Shown here in pieces: positions 12,765 through 26,530 of a stretch of DNA of 64,000 nt (position 1 is its first letter; each line of letters begins with the position of its first letter). The position numbers and the translations under genes are program-made. The DNA is taken from the NCBI GenBank assembly GCA_024679065.1, contig JAGIQG010000024.1:4340001-4404000 (forward strand), in the 5' to 3' direction. The stretch comes from Sphyrna mokarran. Lineage: Eukaryota. Under the pieces are notes generated by a model. That model made no database searches. It saw only the letters and a program-made list of their open reading frames with translations, and had not been told where the DNA came from.

Positions 12765-13270
12765 TTGCCGCCGAACACATTTATTTTTATCTCATTCCGC
12801 CCCCCATTTCTGCAATGGTTTAACCCGGGTGTCAGCTTTGTCCGTTACGTCACGGCCATTTGCGGAAATGACATCATTGGAGTGACAGTGGCTTTGACCA
12901 ATGGGATTGCAGGGCAGTGCTCCCCGCCGGAAATGGGGGCGGGCTGAGGCGTTGCTATGTCGGGCTGAGTGATGGCGGGCGGCGGCGGTGAGTTTCGAGG
13001 CCTGTGCGCGGCGATTTGACGGCATACGGTGACCGCGGCCTCCGCGTAGGATGCGAGTTTGACGCCGGGGAGTCAGCTCGAGCGGAGTTTCCGCTCTTTG
13101 AGGTGCGGGGGAGTTTTATTTCTGTGTTGTGTGCGGGGCTGAAAGGGCGGGACGGGGGCCGCTGCCAGATTGTGAGCCTGTGGGGCGAGGCTGGAGCCTC
13201 GTCCTGCCAAATAGTGAGCAATGCCACAGCAGCCTGGAGCCCGAGGGAGCAGCTTCCCTGAGTGGGACAG
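12765..13270 (+). promoter_or_regulatory. WASF2: CpG-island promoter and probable non-coding first exon of WASF2
   Basis: Clearest GC- and CpG-dense island in the window. CRE-like TTACGTCA 12845; GGAAATGACATCA 12864; ATTGG 12876 and CCAAT 12898; ETS-like CCGGAAAT 12927; GC box GGGGCGGG 12936; strong donor CG|GTGAGT at 12988. Confidence 0.8.
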
Positions 13271-16200
13271 GCACTACCCGTGTCCACAACATCACCAACA
13301 CTCAGCAACTCAGGCAGCATCTGTGTAGAGAGAGATTCCAATGTGCTGCTCAACTTTCTAATACTTGGTGCTGATTTTATATGTACGTTTTTAAAGGTTA
13401 TTTGTGTCATAAGTAGGCTTACGTTAACTTTTCAGTTGAAGTGTGAAAATCCCCTAGTCGTCACACGCTGGCACCTATTCGGGTACTTTGAGGGAGAACA
13501 TGGCTAATGCACGTAACCACATCTTTAGGATTTTGGGAGGAAACCCATGCAGCCATGGGGAGAATGTGCAGACTCCACATTAGTGGCCCAAGGCTGGATA
13601 TTGAACCTGGTGCTGTGAGATGTTAGTGCTGACTGCTGTGCTGCCTTGTGTTGTCTCCTTGATAAATTGGAGCCTGAGGTACTCTTGTGAAATTGGAATG
13701 TCATAAGACATCTATTGAATGTATGCAAAGTTATTTCCAAAATCAGTTAATCCCAAGTTATTAGTCTGTGGGTTAATTATCAACATTCAGGATTGATTGA
13801 TATTGGTATTCATTGATGGATGCAGGTATGTCTGTCTGTTGGAGAGAGCAAACCTGACATGGTGGAATCTGTGTGGGGATCTGCATGTTCTCTATGTCTG
13901 TGTGGATTTCCTCCAGGCACTCTGGTTTTTTCCATAGTTTGAAAAGTGAGCTGGTTAGGTGTATTGGCCCTGTCTCCCTCAGTGTATCCAAACAGGTGTT
14001 GAAATATAATCCCTGGGCAAAGTCTGGAGGCTGGTTTCCATTACCACAGCTGGTATAGGTATTGTGCCTGTGCTATTGGCATTTTTCTGTATCATGCACT
14101 AACCATCCAGCCAACTGAGTTAACTAACCCAATAATGATGTAGAGTTGCTGACGTTGGACTAGAGTAGGCATGGTGAGAAATCTCTCAATGTCAGGTTAA
14201 AGTCCAACAGGTTTATTTGGTAGCATGAGTGCTGCTCCTTCATTAGGTGAATGCTACAAATAAACTTGTTGGACTTTAACCTGATGTTGTGAGACTTCTT
14301 ACTGTGCCTACGCAATGGAAGATATCTTAAGCCAAAAGAAGGAATGTTTCACTTTGTTATATTGAAAAGTGGACTTGTTTGATTGGGTGTTGAATGTGTT
14401 TTTGCAGCAATACCTGGTTTCTTTATTGTATTTTGTTACGCGCATCACATTAGGAGATGGGAAGGAATTTTGCTAAAATATTTCAGCTTAAGACAAGTCT
14501 GCATGATCAACCACTGTGGCCATTTAAACTTTCATTTTGAGGAAGGGGAAATGCTTTGTTCCGGATTATGATGAATTGAAACAACCCCAGTCCTTGTTTT
14601 GAGGGCGACATTGAGACTTTCGTACCTTGGTTCTCAAATATGAATTAGCAGACTATTTTTGAAGTAAATTACTTTGAACTGTGTAGTTTCTCTATTGCAC
14701 ATTTTCTTAAGCAAATGTATTGTGCTATCCTGGCTTTAAGTGTGGTGTTTAAAAACTGTTATGGCAACTTGCTGTCCGATATGACTATCTCACTTCCCCA
14801 TTTTTGGTTAAAAAGAAGCACTTGTTAATCAAATTGGAACCTGGTGTGCTGTTGTAAAATTGGAATGTCATAAATCATCTGTTGAATGTGTGCAAAGCCA
14901 TTCCAATCATTGAGTCAGACTTGGGTGTGTACTTAACTATTCTTGTCTTCCCACAAGTCGTTGCTTATGCATATAATGAGTTGAGGGAAGACGTTTGAAT
15001 CTGACTAAAGTTTTGAGTAGTATATTTTTATTTTCAAAACAAGCTTTTTTAATGTCAAAAGTTATATTTAACCTACGTGACCTAAATTTTAGAGATTTTT
15101 AAAATAACTGCAATTGGTTGAAATTGGATATCCCTGGAGTATATTGCAAATTGTTAACAGGTGGGAAAATAGATTGGCAATTCAGTTAATAGACCTTTCA
15201 GCAGATCTAAGTTGTTTCCAGATAATTCAGTTATCCAGAATGAAAATATTACTTCGGAGGTGAGTAAGAAAGATGTGGGAGGCTGCAGATCTGCAACTTC
15301 TACTGTGTACTTCCAAACAAAGTTGCGTGCTAAATTATATCTTTATTCCCTTCATTCACAATGAGGTGGAATTATATACCAGTGTCTGAAATTTTAAAAA
15401 TATTGTCTTGAGGCGGCATTATCTCATTAGTCTTTGTATTGTTACACTCTGTAATGATAAAATGCCCCTCTGATTTCTTGCTGGAATTTTCTCAGTTCTA
15501 ACGTTAAGAAAGTGTTTTGTCTTGCCCTAAAATCTGACATGGAACACCTAATTATATATAGCCTATTCCTGATTTATTAACTTTTAAGGTTCTGCTTTGT
15601 GGTGGCATTTGCTAATGTGATTAACACCACAGGTCTAATTGATCCTGAGTTATGTGATTCAACATCAATGCATGTTTAGTAGCACTGGTAGAGTGGTCCT
15701 GAACTTTGATTGCACTAGAAAGTGAACATGTTTACTAGTAGTGGATTAAGGGTTTGAGGAAAAAAAATAAAATATTACGCTGTCCATTACAATCTATTGT
15801 AGTCTGCCAAGACACACACTCAGTCCACTCTCAGCTGAGGAACATGAAGATGGAATAGAGAAAGACATGCGTTTTTGTAGTACTTTTCGTAACTATTTGA
15901 CATCTCGAATAGTTTACAGCCAATAGAATATTTTTGAAGTATAGTCACTATTGTGTCACCTTTCAGCCCGGGTTGTTTGGAGAAAAGGAGGTAGGAAATC
16001 TAGTATTATCATTCTGCCAACCCTGCCTCTTCTGCTCATGTTAGGCTTTTAGGGAGGTAGATCAAACTTCTGTCTTCCCCAGCAAGTATTATCTGCATCA
16101 TCTTTGAAGTGTGGGCTCAGTGTTTGAGTCTATTTTTTAAACTATTTTAACTTCATCTGTGAAGATAGCTGAAAAATCATTTTAAAAGAGTTAAAGATTG

Positions 16201-17859
16201 CGTTGGCAAATTAGGAATATAGAATATTATATAATATTTCCGTTTAATAATGCCATAGTGCTGTAAATATTCAGTTGGATAAATTGTTGCAGCAATGTGA
16301 AATATTTTAAAATTGTTTTGTTTTTAAGTATGTACATTGTATTGCTTGAAAATTAACTTCTGAGTAAGTTTTGGCAAATTACAGCACTGGAATCATGTCA
16401 GTCATTTTGGCTATATTGCTGTCTGGGCCTAGAGGTTACATTTATGAATAGATGAATATCCTTATGCTTTTTGTGTTGCTTTCCAATGAAGTGGTGTTGA
16501 ACTAAAGGAGTGTGTTTTTGTGACAAACCATAGCCTTCAAAAACTTTGCAAATGGTGGGCTTTAATAAATGTAACTAACATGGAGAATCACTTCACGCTC
16601 TTATCGTCCCAAGTAATCACTATTTAAATTGACCCAACTGTTTTCCTGAAGTATTTAGCTGGGTGTGGTTGAGCTATCTTGGCTTTCTAGGTTAGATTAA
16701 AAGGTTGGATAAAGAGCAAGGAATAGCATGGTGAATGTAACATATCTACAATTTATGTGGAGGGTGAACACTGCATTTATTTGTTGGGTTAAATGGTCCA
16801 CATCCTGATTGCAACATGTAAGGGAGACAAATAATTTTCCTGATTTATTTATTTGTGAGTGTAAGAAGTTTGGTCTAGTTTGGAGAACAGCCTTTGCATG
16901 ATATTTTATCAACAGTTAATGAACTTTACTCATATGTTTTAAAAATTGTGAACCTTCTTGATAATCTTTAAACTTGTTTTTAGTGGAACTTCTGGTTGTC
17001 CTGTGACTCATGCTGGACTGTCCCCTGGTGACTTTTGACTGTGCAGTTAGAACAGGAACTAAGGCTCATCTTGTTATTTCATCTTTTTCTAAGCTGTCCT
17101 TATCCTCATTGCAGCCTGTACTGTGCACTTTGTGTACAGCGCCAACAAACTGCTTTTATTTCATTGAGTTGGATTATAACATAACTTTTCAATTGTTGTG
17201 ATTGTAAAAAATTATAGTCTTATCATCTCTGATCTCTGTGGCAAAAATTGCCATCTTGTAAAACATATGGCAAAACACTTATAATGCTAGGGAAAAAATC
17301 TTAATTTCAAAAGTACAAAATTTTCCTCTGAAAGCTGGTGACAAAGGGGGTAGACAGCTAACATTGAAGAGCCAGATTTTCTTTCTTTCTTCGGTGTTTG
17401 TTCATCACATGTTAAAAAAGCTAATTTCATTTACAGTAATTGATATTCTCCAATAGGATGTTTCACCAAAGTGCATTCCAAGCTAGTTGTTAATCTTACT
17501 TTTGTTGATTGCATGTTTTTAAATTGTGACAAATGACAATAGTTGTCATGTTTTTTGGGTATATTTGCTGGATAATGTCCAAAGAATGTGTAGGGTTAGG
17601 TGGATTTGCTGGAGTACATGTGCAGGGTTTGGGGATAGGATGGGGGGTGTCCTGGGTAAGATGCTCCTTCGAAGAGTCAGTACAGAAAAGTTGATAGGTT
17701 AAATGGTCTCCTTTTGAATTATAGGGGTTCTATCGATAACTTGGATTTAATATCCTGCAAACAGGTCATGGGTTCCTATGATTTTATTCTAATTTTCTGT
17801 GGACTAGACAAACAGCATTACAATCCAAAGATTGTAACATATCAGAGAGGCCTAGTAAC

Positions 17860-18875
17860 ATTTAAGTCAATGTCTCCATTGGTTGGAGTCATACTTGACC
17901 CAAAGGAGGATTGTGTTTATTGAAGGCCAGTCATCTCATTTTAAGGGCATAAATACAGGATTTCCATATGGCTGTATCCTAGACCCAGCCATCTTCAGCT
18001 TCATCAATGACCTTCCTGCCATCAGATTGGAGGTGGAATATTCAACATTGATTCTAGAATTGAGTTTTATTTGTTTCTCAGGTAATGAAGCAATCTCTGT
18101 TTGCTTGAAGCAAGACCTGAAAAACACTCAGACTTGTGCTGATCACTGAAAGTAATGTTTGTGCTACACAAATGCTAGGTAATGTCCATCTCCAACAGGA
18201 CAGAATCTAACCACTTCTCGTCAACTTTCAATGAAATGGCATTGCTGTCGCAGAATCCTCCATTGGAAAAGTTAGCATTGACGAGAAACCTAGCTGAACT
18301 GGCCATGTAAATACTGTGGTGATAAGAACAAATCAGAAGATGGGGGTTCTGTAGTGAGTATCTCACCACCTAACTTCCCAGAGCCAATCAACCATCTGCA
18401 AGGTAAATGTCAAGAATGTGATAGAATACTCTCCACTTGCCTAGATGAGTGCGGCTCCAACAACACTTGAAGCTTGACACCATCTAGGACAATTTGATTG
18501 GCACCGTATCCACTATTTGAAACATTCACTCCCTTGAACTTGTGGCAGACATTGGCAGCAGTACCAATATTGCAGCAACTCTCCGCCATGGCTTATTCGC
18601 CATTTTTGTGACTTCAGTCACCTAAATGAACAAGGCCAGAGGGCACAAAGGGATGCTACCATCTGCAAGTTCCTCTCAAGATACTTTCCATTTTAACTTG
18701 GAACTATATCGTTACTCCTTCGCTGTCATTGTCAAAATCCGGTCCCTCCCTTTAGGCTCAGTGGGTGTACCTGCACCATACAAACCGCACTATTTTAAGA
18801 TGATGACCCAGGTCAGTTAGGGATTGGCAATAAATGATAGGTTTGCCGTTGATGTCCAGATGCCATTAATAAATA
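17860..18875 (+). mobile_element. CR1/L2-clade LINE 3' portion (second family)
   Basis: Reads GFPYGCILDPAIFSFINDLP (a GVPQGSVLGP remnant) and ends in the tail TTAGGGATTGGCAATAAATG, shared with 27760-28075 and 31400-32230. Confidence 0.75.
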
Positions 18876-19989
18876 AGAAGCAAAGAGCCTTCCTTCTGTA
18901 GCTTGGTTGCAGGACTGTATAAAATCCTCTGATGTGAATTTTTTTTATGAATTGCAGTTTGGGGAAAAACACTTTAACCAATCACACAATTTGAACAATA
19001 AATTATTTTACTAAGCTAAAATTTAGAAGGACCAGACATTGTTTAACATGATGTGATATAAAGAACAGGGGACTTGTAACCTTTCCAACTCCATATCCAT
19101 TTAAAGTGACTTCCAACTACCTTAGCACTGCTTGTCTGCTACTGAGGAACTTTACCCTACCTATCCTAGCATCTGGCAGGAGTTCCAAAGCCACTCACCT
19201 TTTCTCCTGACTGCTTTGACTGTCATTTCATCTCAGAGATGACATCTAAAGTGTGCAGTATTCATTTAATCAGTATAGTATAGAACATTACAGCGCAGAA
19301 CAGGCCCTTCGGCCTTTGATGTTGCGCCAACCAATTATGAAAAAAGCAATGACCCTCCAAACTAAACCATTCCCTTCTCTTCCATAAACTTATCAACTAA
19401 CCTCTTAAATGCCACCAAACTTGGCGCATCTACAACTGCTGCAGGCAGGGCATTCCACTCCCTAACCACCCTCTGGGTAAAGATGTTTTACCCAGAGGGT
19501 AAAACATCTTTACAAGTATGTTTCTTATACTTTCAGACCAGTATGAAGATTCCACTCTGAATCCATGAAACATTGGCTGGATTTCCTCTGACTCAGGAGT
19601 GCTTTAAAAATTACATGCTGTACAAGTTCTGGGATCACAAACTCATTCCAGCAGTTTTGGATTTTTGGGAGTGCCTTTTGAGGCTGTAAGTTGGTTCTGG
19701 GCTCATGAAGTGGCACCTTATGCTCCTTACTTTAGACTACATTGCAAATATAAACATGTACTCCACAATTTTCATGGAGTAGGCCAACTCATTAAAAGCA
19801 TTATGATTTACAGCACCATAAGATGTCAGAACCATGGTCTGTATGAGGGAACCTTTTGAAAAGTAAGCTGAGAAGGTTCTCATGCCAAGTTGTGGCACTT
19901 CCATGTCCATTTATACACTATATAGAAGCAATTAACCCTATATTGACAGTGGGGTATGTATATTAGAAAAGCTTTTACTGTAACCCAGT

Positions 19990-20880
19990 AAAAGTGTCAA
20001 TCATCCAGACCCTTTAAAATATCACTAGCAGCAGCTGCAAGTGCCAAGCTATTGGAAGTGTTGGCAAACTTAAGACAGGCCTTCAGGCTGGATGAATTGT
20101 GTCCTAGACTGCTGTGGGAGACAAGGGAAGAAATTGTAGGCTTTCAGACCCAAAATTCCCCTCTTGTCACAGAGGAGATGCCAGAGGACTGGAGACTAGC
20201 TAATGTTCTGTTATTTAAGGATTGTAGAGATGAGCCAGGAAACTACAGACTAGTGAGTCTCATGTCAAAGGGAGAAAATTGATCACCACGTGAAGAGGCA
20301 AGGTTTGGTCCGGAATAGTCAACGTGGTTTTGTCATGCATAACAAATTCAGTTGGATTTTTTGAGATGACCAGGTGTGCAGATGAAAGTAGTACGGTTGA
20401 TGTAAAATATGGATTTCAGCATGGCTTTTCCCAAAGTCCCATGTGGAAGTCAATGAAGAGGCAAATACACATGGAATGCAGGGTAATTTGATAAAGTGAA
20501 TTGAAAATTGTCTTAATTGTGGGAGACAGGGTGATGATGACAGAAGGTTCTTTAGTGACTGGAAGCCAGTAGCATATCAGGAATTTGTGCCAGGTCACCT
20601 ATTATTTGGCATGTACATAAACAACATAGATGCTTATGTGGGGGGGTAGAATTATTAAGTTTGCAGATGATACAAAGATTGGCTGAGTGGTTAAGTGAAG
20701 TTGAGTGTCTTGGGCTACAGGAAGGTATAGATGGAACGGTGAAATGGGCATGTAAGTGGCAGATGGAAGTTAACACTGAAAAGTGTGAAGTGATACACTT
20801 TGGAAGGAGTAATTTGACAAGGAAGTACTCAATGACCAGTGGGATAGTAGGAAGATGTAAGGAACAAAGGGATCGTGGTA
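19990..20880 (+). mobile_element. CR1 LINE RT fragment
   Basis: ORFs read PEDWRLANV...PGNYRLVSL and WACKWQMEVNTEKCEVIHFGRSN. Confidence 0.85.
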
Positions 20881-21399
20881 TGTTTGTTTGGTATAGTGGG
20901 TTTTCTCCGGGTGCTCTGGTTTCCTCCCACTCCCCAAAGATGTGTTCTTAGGCTGATTGGCAAAACAAATTCTCTCTAAATTGTCTCACTAATTTGGATC
21001 CAGTGCAGATTTCTATACCAATGCAGGTTTCTATCAACATAGTCAGGGATCATGGGTGGAAGTGGGAAAGTCGAGGTGGCGACACAGGCTCGTTGGGCTG
21101 AAGGGCCTGTTCCCATGCTGTTTTGTTTTTTGTCCTTTTATATGTTTGTGTCCATAAGCTTTCTACAATTAACTGCATTGATCAGAGAGCCAGAACTATT
21201 AGTTAAGCAGTGTTTTCCCTGGGGCTCAGGTGTTCCAGTAGGCTAATGGATTCCTGAGATTTCAGCCTGTTGAAATGCCTGAACCCTAGAGACAACATTG
21301 CTTTATTGATGGCTCTGGATCTCTGATCTGTGCTATCAATTTCACAATGTTTGTTTAAAAAGATAGAGATTTCAAATGCTTCTGGTTTCTACAATTAGA

Positions 21400-22780
21400 G
21401 GACAAAAACAAGAAAAGTACAGAACAGGAACAGGCCCTTTAGCCCTCCAAGCTCATGCTGACCATGATGCCCTTAAACTAAAAAAAAACCTTTTGCCCTT
21501 ACTTGATGCATATTTTTCTATTCCCTCCCAATCTATGTGCCTGTCCAAATGCCTCTGAAATATTGCTAATGTGCTTGCTTTCACTACCATCTCTGGTAAC
21601 GCATTCCAGGCACCCATCACATTTTGCATGAAAAATTCCCCTGCACATCTCCCTTATACTTTCCTTCTCTCTCATCTTGAACCTATGTCCCCTTGTAATT
21701 AATGCTTATATTCTGGGAAAAAACCTCTGACTATCCACCCTGTCTATGCCTCTCATAATTTTGTAGACCTTTATCAGATCTCCCCTTAGCAACCATTTTT
21801 CCAGTGAAAACAGTCCCAGTTTATTCAATCTCTCCTCATCGCCTATCACTCTTGAGACTAGGCAATATTCTAGTGAACCTTTTTTTGCACTCTCCAAAAC
21901 TTCCATGTCCTTCTAGTGGTGTGGTGACCAGAACAGCATGTAGTACTCCAAATGCTGCCTAACCAAGATTTTATATAGCTGCAACATGATTGTCGTTAGT
22001 GCTCTGGCTGATGAAGGCAAGCATGCCATATGTTTTCTTAGTCACCTTGTGTCCAGCTGTGCTGCCAGTTTTAGGGAACTGTGGACCTACATGCCCAGAT
22101 CCCTCTGTATATTAATGTTCCCAAGGGTTCTGCCATTTACAGTATAATTCAAACTTAAATTTGATCCTTCAAAATGCATCATCTCACATTGTCCGGATTA
22201 AACTCCATCTGCCATTTTTGTTCCCAAGTCTGCATTCTATCTATATCCTCTTGTATCCTCTGGCAATCCCTGGCACCGTTAGAAACTGTACCAATCTTCA
22301 TGGCATCTGCAAACTTATTAATCAGACCATCCATATTTTCTTCCAGATTATTTGTATACACTAGAAACAACTAAAGTCCCAGCACTGAGTCCTGTGGAAC
22401 ATCCCTAACTACAGATCTCCATTCTGAAAAGCACCTTTCCATTGCTGCAATCTGTCTTCTGTGACCAAGTCAATTCTGTATTCATCTGCCAGTCTACACT
22501 GAATCAAATCTGATTTAAGTTTTTATATCAGTCTGCCATGTGGGATCTTGTCAAATATCTTCCTAAAGTCTATGTATGCTATATCCACAGCCCTTCACTC
22601 AATTAATTATCTTTGGCACCTCTTCAAAAAAAATTTAAGTCAAAATGGTGAGACATGATCTCTCTCCTGTACAAAACCATGCCCACTGTCACTAAACTAC
22701 TCCATTTTCTTCCAAATGTGTGCATATCCTGTCCTTCAATATCTTCTCCAAAAGCTTCCCCACCACAGGCGAAGGCTCAT
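21400..22780 (-). mobile_element. CR1 LINE RT fragment including 3' end
   Basis: ORFs read ERLNKLGLFSLEKWLLRGDLIKVYKIMRGIDRVD and INKFADA...KWQMEFNPD. Confidence 0.88.
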
Positions 22781-24399
22781 TGACACAGTAAAGAGTCTGA
22801 ATGATTGCCACAATGCTGTTTTTTTGACATCCTTACAATCTCAATGAACAATTGGATCTGAAGCTTTTTAAACACTTCCTGCTGTCATAATAAGCTAAGT
22901 TCTTTCTGTATAGTGTTAATGTGTGAATAGGTGTGGAACTGCCATAGCTTGGTTTGGGATCATGAGGGGCCATCAGGTTCTTTGTGGGTGGGGAGGATGT
23001 GGGTGTGACCTGGTGGAAGGACTGCGGGCCGTTATGTCTACGCACCCAGGAACCCCTGTGATTCCCTCCAAACATTTTCCGGGGTCAGCTAGCCTGAAGG
23101 CATCTCGCATCCGCTTCTCACCCCTTCCTCAGTGGGAGTGCCATCCTTGTGGTTACTTTCTCCTGGGACAGCTGGACAAGCCAGGATTTTCCCCAACTCC
23201 TACCAGCCTGTGTTTTCACCATTGATAATATTTCCAAGCAAAAACAATGTTTGCTGCTTGATTGCAAAACAGGTGGTATTGCTAAGTTGCTGAACAGTGA
23301 CACAAACATGCTGCAGTGCAACCATAGTCAGTGGGTGGGGCAAATAATAAACTGACAGAAGTCATCCAACAGGAAATGTACTTGTGGTTTGAGATCAAAA
23401 GCCTGGGGGGAGGGGGAAGGAGCCTATTCCTCATCAGCTATCAACTATGTATATATTAGGGGGAAATTAAGATAATTTATAACCGAGGATTCACATTAAA
23501 TTGCAATCTGTGAACTAATTGAAACACAAGCAGTTTGGGCAGATCTCCTAAAATGGTTTGTTTTCAAATCCATTTCGGTGCTTCTCGTTTCATAAACTGG
23601 TTTAGTAGATTTTTTTAGGGGAAAAAGGGAGGAAACATATCTGAAAAGTGGCACAGCTGACAAATTGTGAAGTAGCTGATATTAAGGAAACTTCTCAAGT
23701 TTGCAGATGTCTGTAGGAAATGGCACTGTGTCATGTAACTGGCGTGCAACCGCTATGTGGCTATTTTTGACACATTGTTAGGGGAACAAATATCAATCAC
23801 ATTAGCTCAAGTCTTCGCAGTTTCAACTTGTCAAGCTTGTTTTGAATGAAGCCAGCAGTGATATTTATTAGTGTTCAAACTGATCGTTCTGGGATTTTTA
23901 TCAATTTCAAAGGATTCTGTATTTTTACAGAAACGTGTGGACTGTATGAATGAATGCAGCACCAAATTGTTCTTATCCCAGTTGCTTTGCTGTATGATAG
24001 CTTGGTATATACTGTAATTGTATTCATTGCACAACCATCCACTAGTGGAGATCACATCATTTGTGCTTAATCCAGTGTCACTTGTAGGCCTATGCATCTC
24101 AGAGATCTGCTGGTTCGTATGTCTACAGGCCTTAATTCATTCAATAACCAGTCACTCAACAGAGAGCTCAGGAAAGACAGTCACCAGGTTTGGTTGATTA
24201 ATAAAACAGAGCATGGGAAAACAGGACCAAGATACTTATCTCTAAGGCTTGTGTCCTTAGCACTTTGCTATATGGCAGCGAGGCCTGGACAATTTACACC
24301 TCAATAGCTTGCATCTCCTGTGTGTTTTATACATCTTTGGCATGGTCCTCATATAAATCAATGATAGGGATTTTGACCTTTGCCTTTTGTGGAATGACA

Positions 24400-24762
24400 T
24401 TGTAGTGACAATGTCACTGAACTAGTAATCCATGTAGGCTAATGGGACATGGGTTCGATTCCAACATGATAGCTGGTGGATTTTAAATTCAATTAATAAG
24501 TTTAGAAATATAAAGCTGCCTCAGTGATGGTGACTGTGAAACTATCATCAGTTATTGTAAAAACTCATCTAGTTCACTAATATCCTTCAGAGGAAGAAAT
24601 CTACCTTTCTTATTTGGTTTGGCCCAAATATGATTACATACTAATAGCAATGTGGTTGCCTCTTTCCCTCCTTGAATGGCCCTGCAAGCCAAGGGCAATT
24701 AGGGATGGGCAACAAATGCTGGCCTTGCCAGTGATGCTCACATCCCATGAAAAATAAATAAA
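24400..24762 (+). mobile_element. tRNA-derived SINE sharing its 3' tail with the second LINE family
   Basis: B-box GGTTCGATTCC at ~24452; tail GGGCAATTAGGGATGGGCAACAAATGCTGGCCTTGCCAG followed by an A-rich end. An antisense relative lies at ~61240-61585. Confidence 0.7.
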
Positions 24763-26179
24763 GCAAATCACATGGAGAGAGTCACCAATGAAGCATTCCC
24801 TGTAGGACATGTGCTAACACATGTTAGCACTAATCAAGTAAAGGTGGCCCATGCTAAGTAACTGGGTGCTCAAAATTCTGATCTAAGGATCTGTCGAAAG
24901 GAATATGAAAGCCATCAGCATCAATCATGAAAAGTGGGAAACTCTAGCAAATTGATGCAAATGGTGACACCAGCTGTGAGCAGGAATTCATCATTCTGGT
25001 GACATTTGGTGACAAGTGCCAAAGCAGACGTCAATCCTGTAAGCAAGGCATCAGCAGAAATCATCTTGCACCAGTAGGCAAGGGGTAACTTTGTATTTGA
25101 TCCTGCTGGCAGGCTTTGCCTTTCCCAAATCACCTTGTTCAGCCAATAAAAGAAGTGCAGCAAATGATGTAATCCAACAGGACGAATTCTGAGACTGCAC
25201 TCACATTACCCTTCCCAATTACAACCTCAGTACGTGGCACTCTTCGTTTAAATTCTCAGATGTGGGTGCCACTGGCAAAATTGGAATTTATTTCTCATTA
25301 CTCATTCCCCTCAGAAAATGGAGCGATAGAACTTAATGATGTGTTGGACCATTTGTGGATGGTAGCGAAGAGATCACTTAATTGGAGTGGAGTTTGAATC
25401 ACAGATGTCAGGCCAGTTTTGGATTTTATTACAGTCTGGTAGTTTCATCATCAGTTTAACCAATGCCAATTTCCCAGATTTAAAAGAAAAAATTGAAATC
25501 TTACTAATATAGTGGGAGTTTATACTGCTATTTTCTGGTTTATTAGCTCAAGATGTGGAGACGCCAGCGTTGGATTGGGGTAAACACAGTCAGAAGTCTC
25601 ACAACACTAGGTTAAAATCCAACAGGTTTATTTTGCAGCAAAAGCCACTAGCTTTCGGAGCACTCAAGCCATTAGTTAACGTGGTAGCTTTAGCATGTTG
25701 CTGAAGCTGGATTCACTGAAGGAGAGGAGAAAAATTACATTAAGGGTTTATCCTTGTGATTGGTCCTTCGTTAAGTCAATGGTAGGGATTTTGATCCTTG
25801 CTCCCGATTGTTGTTTTTTTATCTGTCTTTGTTTCGAGGGTTGACTTCATTACAAACTATCTTTCTCACTGTCTTTTCTTCTATGTCACGGAAAGGCCAG
25901 TCCACATTCTGATATCCATTCATACCATCTCTCTCATGGCCTTTTTTCCTTGCATTACCTCTTTTTCCAAAAACTCCTTTCTGTTCACTTCACATATCCA
26001 AAATATGTGAACTTCCTTAATATCACTGCCTCGGGCAAGTTTCTCGAGCACCTTGGCAATATTACAATACCTGTCTGAATCCCTTCATTTCAAATTCTGT
26101 TATTCAATCTTTGTCACTCTTCTTGATAATCCAGTTTCACAATCATACATTGTCACTGACCAAACAAGTAGTTTCCTTT

Positions 26180-26530
26180 GGGGGGGCATGGTGGCATAAT
26201 AGTTAGCACTGCTGCCTCATAGCTCCAGGGACCTGGGTTTGATTCCCAGCTTGGATCACACTCTGTGTGGAGTTTCCACGTTCTCCTCGTACCTGCATGG
26301 GTTTCTTCTGGGTGCTGCGGTTTCCTCTTACAGTCCAAAGATGTGCTGGTTAAGTTGACTGGCCATGCTAAATTGCCCATTGTGTCCCAGGATGCATGGG
26401 TTAGAGGGATTAGCGGGCTAAATGTGAGTGGTTGTAGTGATGGGGCTTGGGTTGGGATTGTTGTAGGTGCACACTTGATAGGCCAAATGACGACCTCCTG
26501 CACTATAGAATTTCCATGATTCTATAGACT
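26180..26530 (+). mobile_element. Near full-length HE1-like SINE
   Basis: A box GGTGGCATAATAGTT, B box GGTTTGATTCC, V-type core, and a CR1-like tail ending TTCCATGATTCTA. Confidence 0.85.

Noticed and set aside
12792-13507. ORFs across the CpG island, or a divergent gene
   Set aside because: Low-complexity translations typical of GC-rich DNA. No coding exons of a minus-strand gene were recognised in 1-12.7 kb.
26180-26260. tRNA gene
   Set aside because: A and B boxes are present, but the sequence continues into a SINE body and does not form a complete cloverleaf.
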